Shown here in pieces: positions 36,631 through 47,112 of a stretch of 64,000 bases of DNA. The number at the start of each line of letters is the position of its first letter. Position 1 is the stretch's first letter. Source of the DNA: Scyliorhinus canicula (lineage: Eukaryota); NCBI RefSeq assembly GCF_902713615.1, contig NC_052146.1, positions 219,960,438 through 220,024,437 on the forward strand, read 5' to 3'. The position numbers and the translations under genes were made by a program. The notes under the pieces were generated by a model that worked only from the letters and a program-made list of their open reading frames with translations, was not told the DNA's origin and did not search any database.

Positions 36631-37130
36631 GTCTAAGTTTCCAGTCTGGAGGCTGACAGAAAACACTGCATTCACATTTAAACCATTTGGACTTTTCAAC
36701 TTCTCTATTTTAATCAGCTGGAATCTAACATATGCATAACCTACTGAGAATACTCATATAGAATCATAGAATATATTACAGCAGAGAAGGGGGATATTCA
36801 GCCCATTGAGTCTGTGCTGGCTCTTTCAAAGAACAATCCAGGTTGTTGCACTGCGCTTATTTCTCCCCAAATCCCTGCAATGGGCAATGTTTTGTTCTTC
36901 AAATGTTTATCTATTCCCTTTTATTGATGGCTACTATCGAATTTATATCTACTACCCATCAAGCATTCCAAATTCTAATCACTTGTGTGAAAAAAAAATC
37001 TTCATGTCATGTGTGACTCTTTGGCAATCCTGTTAAATTAGTACTTTTTGGTTATTGGCTCTTTGGCCATCAGAAACAGTTTCTGTTTATTTGCCCCATC
37101 TGAACCCTTCATGATTTTAAACACTTCTAC

Positions 37131-37307
37131 CAAACCTTCTCAGCCCCCAGCTTCTCAATCCCAGCCTCCAGTCTTCCCACAGAATCCCTCAAACCTTCTC
37201 AGCCCCCAGCTTCTCAATCCCAGCCTCCAGTCTTCCCACAGAATCCCTCAAACCTTCTCAGGCCCCAGCTTCTCAATCCCAGCCTCCAGTCTTCCTACAG
37301 AATCCCT
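37131..37307. repeat. 59-bp tandem repeat, 3 near-perfect copies, inside a minus-strand CR1 remnant
   Basis: caaaccttctcagcccccagcttctcaatcccagcctccagtcttcccacagaatccct at 37131, 37190 and 37249. Confidence 0.92.
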
Positions 37308-37884
37308 CATCCTTCAAACTGTGGGCAGAAATTTTGAGTGATGGGAATGTATCCCCACTGACTACCACAGTCCCACAACCATTTAAAACTCCAAGGAGTG
37401 TTAATTTGCTGGAGGTGTGACTTTCAGCCTGAACTGAAGCAGACGTGTCACCTCAAGAGAGCTGGCAGCCAATCTGATTCTAAGTCCCAGGTAAGTGCAA
37501 GGGGTTTCATGGAGGGGAGCTGTGGCCCAGGAGAGATTGGGAGGGGGTGTTGAGGGTCTTGATGGAGAGGACAGGGTGAAGGGAGCAATCATGGGTAAAC
37601 CCTATGGGGGGAGGGGGGGTTCGACCATTGTGGAAAGGGGACCTTGAAGGAGACATCCCCTTACTGCCTGAGGCCTGCCGGGCTACCCCCAGTCCCTGAA
37701 CCCCTTCTGCCAGCCTCAAAATTAAGGCCAGATGGGAGTGACTCTTAAATGCCCATTGACCACTTGCGCACTGCAATTGGGGCGAAGGCAGAAGGACAGC
37801 TCTTGGCCTTACATAACCCATGTAAAATTGTGGACAAGTTGGAGGCGAGAAAGGGAATTTTTGCTTGGTGTATTTATTTACTTC

Positions 37885-38305
37885 TACACAGGGTGAATGT
37901 ACAGACTCCACACAGACAGTGACCCAAACCGCGAATCAAACATGGGTCCCTAACATTCTCTGGGCGGCACAGTAGCACAGTGGTTAGCACAATTGCTTCA
38001 CTGTCTGTGCGGAGTCTGCACATTCTCCCTCTGTCTGCGTGGGTTTCCTCCGGGTGCTCCGGTTTCCTCCCACAGTCCAAAGATGTGCAGGTTAGGTAGA
38101 TTGGCCGTGCTCAATTGCCCTTAGTGTCCAAAATTGCCCTTAGTGTTGGGTGGGGTTACTGGGTTATGGAGATAGGGTGGAGGTGTGGGCTTGGGTAGGG
38201 TGCTCTTTCCAAGAGCCGATGCAGACCCGATGGGCCGAATGGCCTCCTTCTGCGCTGTAAATTCTATGATTCTATGAAGCAACAGTGCTAACCACTGTGC
38301 TACCG
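37885..38305. mobile_element. Plus-strand V-SINE (about 37962-38276) nested inside a minus-strand V-SINE head
   Basis: The minus-strand head is interrupted near ...gggtccct and resumes at gaagcaacagtgctaaccac. Confidence 0.7.
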
Positions 38306-39349
38306 AATTTCTCAGCTTGTTTATGTCATGTAGAAAAAAATGTACACGTGCTTTTTAAGCATGAGGATCTCATTTAATATGATTTTGTGTTCCATCATCC
38401 CCAGATGGTTTTAGATATAGAGGATATTTTCTGCTGGAACTAATTGTTTAAATTCATTTATGTAAAAACACAGTGAGGTGCTGAAGAATAAGTTCAACAA
38501 TTAATAATCAACTTGTGTGTGTAAGTTACACTGGTCAGAATTTAATGCTTGGGTTTTTTCAAAGGGTTTTGCATCAATGTTAACTAATGTGGCATACATA
38601 CAATCAGACATTGATGATAACTATTGTGATGCAGTAAAATCCAACGTCTCACTGTTTTTGTGCATGGTAAGATTAGCAGGGTAAAAGGGAACTTTGAAAA
38701 TAATCTCCTTAACATGTAAAACATAAGGATATTTAAAGGAATGGTGGACTGATTAGGGGAGAAAAGGATATCTTGTGGCAGTAGAGGCCATTCTTCACAA
38801 AAAAAGGCTATTACCTATTCCCACAGGTGTGGTGATATGAACTGCTGCAACCAGGATTTTGTATAACATGAGTTCTAACCCCTTGTTTTCTATTCCTCTG
38901 GATATAAAGGCAGTCCAGGGGCATTTTTCATTATTTTCTTTCCATGACATTTTCATTTTTATTAAGAGGCCTCTGAAAAGTTTCCATTGAATTATTCCTT
39001 AGAGAAGGGTTGTTATTCTGCATTGCTAATAGAAACATCAATGAAGTGAGGAATTCGTTTATATGTTAATCTGAGAGGTTTTGGAAAGCACAACGAATTA
39101 TAATTTTTTTTTGCGACCTTCATAATTGAGTATCATAAACAACCTTCTGATCAACAGATTCAAAAATGTCAGGTTCCATTTACAATAACATCCCCTTGCA
39201 TTTATATAGCATCTTTAATATAGTAAAGCATGCCTACAGCATTTAGTTAATTGAGCATTAATTGGTTGATAACCTCACCACAATGTCAGAAAGTTATAGG
39301 TTCAAACCCAACTGAAGGATTTGAGCATGCAGTCCAGACAATATGCCCT

Positions 39350-40790
39350 CTCATTTTTGTTGTTGTGCATGGGTGATTTGTGCATTATAACCAATGTTCC
39401 AGATTGTTTCATCACCATACATGTTATGTCCGGTCCCAACGGCAGGACCGATCCACCAGAACGAATGGTGTAGTGTTATACATTCAGGAGTGAGTGACCA
39501 TGGGAATCCTGAATATTGACTCTGAACCCTATTAAGTTTTATGGCATCAGGTCCAACATGGGGTAGGAAGCCACCTTCTGGTTACCACTGCCACTCCCAC
39601 TCAGCTGATGAATCAGTGCTCCTCTGTGTTGAACACAACTTTGATGATGCATTGAGGGCAGCAAGGACAAAGAATGTACTCTCAGGTGGGATCTTCAATA
39701 TCATCATCAAGGGTGGCTTGGTAACCACAGATTGAACTGGCCAAGACTTGAAGAAACTATCTGCCAGACTGGGCCTGTAGCAAGTGGTGAGTGAACCAAG
39801 AGGAAAAAACCTACTTGACCTTACCCTTGCCAATTCACCTGTCGCAGATACATCTGTGCATAACAGTATTTGTAGGAGTGACCACTGCACAGTTCTTGCA
39901 CCTTGTGGAAACAAGATCCTGCCTTCACCTCCATTGTGTTGTATGGCACTGTGTTGCATCAAAGAGCCTTTATAAAATTGAGGTCAATGGAAATCGGGAG
40001 AAAACTCCATTTCTTGAAAGGTCATACCTCGCACAAAGGAAGATGGATGTGGTTGTTGGGGATGATCATCCCAGCCCCAAAAAATTACTGCATAGATTCC
40101 TCAAGGTAGTGTTCAATACTGAACCATCATCAACTGTTTCATCATTGACCTTCCCTCCAGGTAAGTATGTTTGCTGATGATTGCACAATGCCCAGTACTA
40201 TTCACAACTCAGGTACAGGAGCAATCCAAGTCTGCATGCAGCAAAACCTAGACCGGATTCGGGCTTGGGCTAATGAGTAAGAAATAATATTCATGCCACA
40301 CAAGTGCCAGGCAATGCTCATATGCAACAAGAGAACCTACCCATCTCCACTTGACATTCAACAGCTTTACCATTGCCCATCCTCTACGATCAGAATCCTG
40401 GTGGTTATCATTGATTAGAAACTTAATTGGACCAAACATGTAAATACTTTAGCTACAAGAACAAATGAAGACTAGGAATTCTGCTCTGAGTATCTCACTG
40501 CCTGATTCCCCAAAGTTTGTCCATCTGGAGAATGGTGCAAAGCTCCCAACTTGCCTCGATGAGTGTACTTCAACAACACTCAAGAAGTTTGACACCATCC
40601 AGGACAAAGACCTGCTTCATCAGCATTCCGTCCATCATTTTAAACATTCATTCTCTTCATCACCATTGCTCAGTTACCATAGCATGCAAGGCTACGGCCC
40701 AAGTACTGGAAAATGGGATCAGAATAGATAGGTGTTTGCTGGCCGGTGCAGATACAATGGGACAAAGGGCCTCTTTCAATGCTGTAAAAC
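39350..40790 (+). mobile_element. Older, internally deleted copy of the 45404-51962 LINE family
   Basis: VSEPRGKNLLDLTLAN...RSDH endonuclease motif and MFADDC; parallels 45940-46460 and 50690-51350. Confidence 0.7.
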
Positions 40791-41104
40791 TATCTGCCTC
40801 TATCTCTGCACAGAATCCAGAAAACCCCATGGGCCTCATGTGATTTGATTCTATGATAGCAATGGTTGAATATCAAGAAATAAATCATTTGTTTCATCGC
40901 ATTTTGTGACATCCGAAGAACATGAAAGACACCATGTACTTATACATTATTTCTTTATCAAGCTGTTACAGATATTATGTCATGTTCCTTGGGATTGCAA
41001 TGATGTAAGATGCAAGTGTTTTTCCCTTCAAATGAAAGGTTGACAGAATCATTTTTGTGTGATGGCCTTCTGATTTTCTTCATTTCTGATTGTCCTGTTT
41101 TCAG

Positions 41105-41191
41105 ATGACTTACTGATTCCACCCCAAGACACAAATACAGACCTCACTGATGTCATGGAGCAAATTAATAGCTCTTTCCCAGTTTGCAGCC
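41105..41191 (+). CDS. UTRN: Utrophin exon (DMD exon 77 equivalent)
   Basis: cag|...|gtaagt, 87 nt; (D)[28 protein letters not shown]. Confidence 0.94.
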
Positions 41192-41710
41192 GTAAGTGTA
41201 CCAGTGGTTGCGCTGTATATTGTGCACTTGATTTGTAGGTTTATTACCATTCTTCTTGTACATGTTAGAAATTACTTCATCTGCTAACATCCTAATGTGC
41301 TTTGTGTTGATCATTGACTGCATCTGTCCTCAGTAGCTGCAGACACTGTCATTTCACAAAGAAAGAAAAGTAAGCCAGAGCTTAATACAGTCTTCAAACC
41401 ACAACATTGTAATAAACTTCTTGACTGTGCACTTTCTTCCAAGTGCACTATACCTGAACATAACTATTTGAAACAATCTGAGACCTGACTCCATCATGTA
41501 GATGGAAGGCTGAATGCTAAAGTATCCAGTTAAAGGTTGCAAAATTGCACCTCGAGTGCTGAATTATAATATGGTCCCAGCTAGCAAGCCTTCAAATTGA
41601 TCATGTTAGGTCATAGAACACAGATTGTAAATGTCATGGAAAAATAAGCAACACAGTGGTGTCTTAAGTACAACTCAGATCCCAAATCTATCATTATTAG
41701 TGCAGTCCTT

Positions 41711-41939
41711 AGGGGCAGCACGGTGGCGCAATGGTTGGCACTGTTGCCTCACAACGCTGAGGAGCCGGGTTCGATCCCGGACCTGGGTCACTGTCCATGT
41801 GGAGTTAGCACATTCTCCCCGTGTCTGTGGGTCTCGTACCCACAACTCAAAAAGATGTGCAATGTAGGTGAATTGGCCACGCTAAATTGTCCCTTAATTG
41901 AAAAAAAGAATTCGGTATGCTAAATAAAAAAAAGTGATA
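41711..41939 (+). mobile_element. V-type SINE, short-tail subfamily, with 15-bp TSD
   Basis: attagtgcagtcctt at 41696-41710 and 41940-41954. Confidence 0.88.
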
Positions 41940-42429
41940 ATTAGTGCAGTCCTTGGTGATCTGCCACAGGTGTAATTGGATGCTGTTATGTGAAGCCATG
42001 TGTTGCTTAGGTTATTAGGCAGGAACAGTCCTCATGTTTGGCAGATCTAAACTGATGGATCTAAAAATTCTGCTAATTAGATTCTGGTTTGAATCTGTAT
42101 TTTTGTTTGCTCGCCCTGGTTTGTCACTGTTTACTATCTTTAATTTCTATTCAGCAATGTCTTTCTTTGCTACCCAGAGATGAGCATGTTTTGCCAAGTG
42201 TAAATTTTTAACTAAATTTATAATAGCATTTTGATGGTTTAATGTCGACTGTCTTCATCGCGTGTATAAAAATATATATTTTCTAAACCAAGTGCCCCCA
42301 TCCAATATCAGTGGCAGGTCCTGCCCACAGAACATCATGCCTGACTTTGCTCATCCATCATTCATAATTCGGCATTATATCACAAACCAAAGTATCACAG
42401 TTGAACAAGACTTCACAGATTACGTAGAT

Positions 42430-43380
42430 TAGGGAAGCCAAAGGCAGGGATGAAAAGGAAGGTGGAGGACGTGATTAAGCAAAAAAAATAGAGGGTGTAG
42501 AATTATTCAAGTTGGAACCAGGTCAAATTCAAGAAATTGAGACGGGGAAGGAAATGGAAAATAAGATTGACAAAGAGAGTGTGAGAATAGAATGAAAGCT
42601 AACATCAAAGAGAACTCAAAATCTTCTGCTACCATATAAATATTGAGCAGGTAGTAAAAGGTGAGCTGGGTTCTATTGGGGACAAAGAGGGTGATATATG
42701 CTTACGGGCTCAAGGCAAAGCTACAGTACTTAAATACTTCAGATCACTTGTAACCGAGGAAAAAGTTGCGAACAAAATAATGGTAGAAACGGAGATCGTA
42801 GAAATATTTGACAAGATGAAAATTGATAGGCCAGATATGCCAGGAAGACTGGCTACGCTTAAGAGTGGATAGGTCCTCTGGTTGGGTGCCTTGCATCCTG
42901 GATTGTTACAGTAATCTTGCAATCTGCATTAGAAACTGGGGCATGCCAGGGGATTAGTGAGTGGCAAATGTGACATTGAAGAAAGGATGTAAGGACAGAC
43001 CTCCCAACTACATGCCAGTCAGTTTAACAGAGGATAAGGTTTTCAATAATCAAGGAAAAAAATTAACAGGCACTTGGAGAGCTTTGAGTTAATTAAGGAG
43101 ATGGATTTGTAGAGAGATCATGCTTGACTAATCTAGTTGTATTTTTGATGAAGTAATAGAGATGTTTAATGCAATGGGTGTTGCCTATATGGACTTTGTT
43201 TGACAAACTACCACATAAAAGGCTAATTAACAAAATTGAAGCTCATAGAATATTAGGGTCAGTGTCAGATTGGATGAAAAATTAGTCTGAGGACAGAAAA
43301 CCATGAGTTCTGGTAAATGGAGGATGGTTAACAGTGGTGTTCCCCAAGAGGTCAGTCAGTACCAGGATCACTGCTCTTAT
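42430..43380 (+). mobile_element. Old CR1 fragment
   Basis: Degenerate NYMPVSLT, SCLTNL and SGVPQ motifs. Confidence 0.65.
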
Positions 43381-44254
43381 AATATACAGGAAATCCTCAT
43401 TTAAAGTTGTGGTTGTGTTGCTGAAAATTTGGACTTTCAGTAATATTAACTTGTGAATCACGGTTTCCCATAGGAACCAATGTTAAAGTCATATCCTTCA
43501 GATATTTTTTGCCTAGAAAAATTAATGTACATTTGAAATACTGTCCGTACATGTGCAAAGTTGAGCATTCCTAGCTGAAATAATGGCAAAATAACAAAAT
43601 CTCTAAATATAAAAATTCAAGACATGATTTTTAAAAACTTGTGCTTACCCCAATATAGTAATTAGGCTCCATTAGTGGCAGAAGTTGTTCTGTGCAGAAA
43701 GCTGCTGGAATTCTGAGGCTACCTGCACCGACTAACCTCTGCCACTAGATAGAGCCCAGGAGCTTCAGTTCAGAACTGGAACCTGCAACAAAGCCAGGAG
43801 TGGAGCAACTAAAAACAGATCCTGGTAGAACAGAAGGTGGGCTATGCTAGCAGTTCCCCAGTGGAGTTTGTACATTCTCCCCATGTCTGCGTGGGTCTCA
43901 CCCACAACCTAAAAATGTGCAGGGTAGGTGGATTAACCACACTAAATTGCCCCTTAATTGAGAAAAAAGAATTGGGCACTTTAAATGAAAATATAATAAT
44001 GATAAAAGGAATTACTTCTGAATCCACTTCCTGCAGTGTGGTGAACTATATAAACTTGAAACCGGCAATGAACTGTAGAACCAGATCGAGCATAATCCTT
44101 CCGTTGTGATACCATCGGTGCTCCCAATTGATTAAAATCAGAAAGTGAATGTTCATGTGAATTACAGTTCTTTGAAATTGGGTATTTAAAAGGGATCCTG
44201 ATCATGGTGATGTGCCCCATCTTTCACTTTACAGTTTAAACCTCTTTTACTGCA

Positions 44255-44563
44255 GGGCAGCACGGTAGCACAAGTGGATAGCACTGTGGCTTCACAGTGC
44301 CAGGGTCCCAGGTTCGATTCCCCGCTGGGTCACTGTCTGTGTGGAGTCTGCACGTTCTCCCCGTGTCTGCGTGGGTTTCCTCCGGGTGCTCTGGTTTCCT
44401 CCCACAGTCCAAAAACATGCAGGTTAGGTCGATTGGCCATAATAAATTGTCCTTAGTGATCAAAAAAGGTTAGGGGGGTTACGGGGACAGGGTGGAAGTG
44501 AGGACTTAAGTGGGTCGGTGCAGACTTGATGGGCCGAATGGCCTCCTGCACTGTATGTTCAAT
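44255..44563 (+). mobile_element. HE1/V-type SINE, full length
   Basis: gggcagcacggtagc head, ggttcgattccc B box, tail ctgtatgttcaatgt. Confidence 0.85.
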
Positions 44564-44604
44564 GTACTAAAGCCTGTTTTTTCCTTCCTCCCACATAATC
44601 ACAG

Positions 44605-44627
44605 CAAGTTTTACTACAAGGCAATAG
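44605..44627 (+). CDS. UTRN: Utrophin 23-nt penultimate microexon (DMD exon 78 equivalent), ending in stop codon TAG
   Basis: Polypyrimidine tract + cag|CAAGTTTTACTACAAGGCAATAG|gtaaga; reads (P)SFTTRQ*. Same length and phase as, and about 15/23 identical to, the recalled human exon encoding PNVPSRPQ. Confidence 0.8.
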
Positions 44628-45066
44628 GTAAGACTCTTTGCATGTTTTACATATAAGAAATTAGTTTTCTTTTGTAGGGTTGAAAGAGAGGGTGAAGTCT
44701 GTTCCCCAGTTTCATCCAGGCACTGAGTTGAGGTCTCTTCACAGCCGGAAGGAATAAATGAAGGGCTACTCTGAACATAAGTCATTCAAAAACGTACCAC
44801 TCTGGTTGCCGCATGGCATAATCACAGGACCAATTTCTCTTTTCCCAGCATGCAAGCCATAATATTGGGTGTTTTTCAACTACTGATTGCTGAAACAAAA
44901 GTATTCAATATAAAAAATTGTAAACCGTGTCTTGTAGTTTGGTTTCCCTTACCTGTAGTTCATGACTTTAATGGACTGTTATGGATTGCCAGCTTTTCAC
45001 AACTTGTCCTGATGGAATTTGATGTCTCTGGCTTCCTAACTCCAACATTACAACTACCATTTTTTA

Positions 45067-45303
45067 AATATTCATTCATCGGATGTGGGCATCACTGGAT
45101 GGGCCAGCATTAATTGTCCCCTCCCTAATTACCTTTGAACTGTCTTCATTTCTGAATGCAGTTAAGAGTCAACCACATTGCTGTGGATCTGGAGTCACAT
45201 GTAGGCCAGACCAGGTAAGGATGGCAGATTTCCTTCCCTAAAGGGGCATGAGTGAACAAGATGGGTTTTCACAACAATGATTAAACGTAATTAGACTTTT
45301 AAT
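45067..45303 (-). mobile_element. Partial SacSINE1/Deu-like SINE
   Basis: Homologous to 2164-2420. Confidence 0.7.
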
Positions 45304-47112
45304 TTTCACAATCATCATTGTTCAGAAAGGTTCTTAACCATTATCATGCTCAATGCACTCTAAGCAAAAACTGTCACATGCTTCAGGACACACTTGCTCA
45401 GGGTGGGTAGGCAGTGGTGGCGTGGTATTGTCACTGGACTAGTGACCCAGGGTAATACTATGGGGACTCGGGTATGAATCCCGCCACGGCAGGTGGAGGA
45501 AATTGAATCCAATAAATATCTGGAATTTAAAGTCTAATGATGACCATGAAACCATTGTCGATTGTTGTGGAAAGAAAAAAACAGCTGGTTCACTAATATG
45601 CTTTAGGGAAGGATCTGCCGTCCTTACATGGTCTGGGCTGTGGATGACCCCAGATCTACAGCAATATGGTTGACGTTTAATGCCCTCTGAAATAGCCCAG
45701 TAGTTGTATAAAATCGCTACAGAGTCGATTTTAAAAAAAGGAAAGAAACCGGCAGCGACCTAGGCACTGGAACTGACAACGGCAAACCCAGCCCCAGTCG
45801 AACATTCAAAGTCCTCCTTACTAACATCAGAGGGCTTGTGCCAAAATTGGGAGAGCTGTCTCACAGACTATTTAAGCAACAGCCTGACATACTCCCGTGG
45901 AGTCATACCTTACACTTAATGTCCCGGACACCACTGTCACCATCCCTGTGTATGTCCTGTCTCACCGGCAAGACAGACCCAGCAGAGGTGGCGGCAGAGT
46001 CGTTACAGTTAGGAGGGAGTTGCCCTGGGAGACCTCAACATCAACTCTGGACCCCAGGAAGTCTAATGGCTTCAGGTCAAATATGAGCAAGGAAACATCC
46101 TGCTGATTACCACGTACCATCTACCATCAGCTGGTGAATCAGTACTCATCCGTCTTGGAGGAAGCACTGAGGGTGGCAAGGGCACAGAATGTACCCTGGA
46201 TAAGGGACTTCAATGTTCATCACCAAGAGTGTTTTGGTAGCATCACTACTGACTGAGCTGGCCGAGTCCTAAAGGACATAGAAGGTGGTGAGGGAATCAA
46301 TAAGAGGGAAAAGCATACTTTACCTCATCCTCACCAACCTGCCTGCCAAAGATGCATCTGTCCATGACCGTTCCGGCAGGAGTGACCACCATACACTCTT
46401 TGTGGAGATGAAGCCCCCTTTCCACATTGAGGATACCGTCCATCGTGTTGTGTGGCACTACAATCATGCTAAATGGGATAGATTCAGACAAATCTAGAAT
46501 CTCAAGACTGGACATCCATGAGGCGCTGTGGGCCATCATCAGCGAAATTGTACTTAGCTGTAATTTGTATCCTCAAGGCCTGGCATTTCCCCCACTCTAC
46601 CATTACCACCAATCCAGGGTATCAACTCTGATTCAATGAAGAGAGAAGGAGGGTCTATCAGGAACAGCATCAAGCATACTGAAAAATGAAGTGCCAACCT
46701 GGTGAAGCTACAACACAGGACTGTTTTCATGCCAAACAACATAAGCAGCAAGTGATGGAGCTAAATTATCCCGCAACCAACAGATCAGACCTAAGCTCTG
46801 CAGTCCAGTCATGAATGATGGTGGATAATTAAACAACTCCTTGGGGGAGGAGGCTCTACACATATCTCCATATTCAATGATGTAGGAGCCCAACATATCT
46901 GTGCAAAAGACAATGCTGAAGCATTTGCAATAATCTTCAGCTACAAGTGCCGAGTGGATGAGCCATCTCGGTCTCCTCCAGAGGTCCCCAGCATTACAGA
47001 TGCCATTCTTCAGCCAACTCAATTCACCCCACGTGATATTATGAAACGGCTGAAGGCACTGGATACTGTAAAGGCTTTGGGCTCTGACAATATTATAACA
47101 ATAGTATTGAAG

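Noticed and set aside
37131-37307. CRISPR-like array
   Set aside because: Contiguous tandem units with no unique spacers, in vertebrate DNA with no cas genes.
98-41191. Calling the gene dystrophin (DMD) or DRP2
   Set aside because: Diagnostic residues ([45 protein letters not shown]), the 23-nt penultimate exon and the let-7 element all point to utrophin.
41950-41969. 20-nt exon candidate ending ...CCACAG|gtgtaa
   Set aside because: The acceptor lies in a SINE target-site duplication, lacks a pyrimidine tract, and the donor is weak.
42155-42183. Alternative exon after a good acceptor, reading PMSFFATQR*
   Set aside because: No GT donor at the 23-nt position and no resemblance to the known exon; 44605-44627 fits far better. 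It cannot be wholly excluded as a minor terminal exon.
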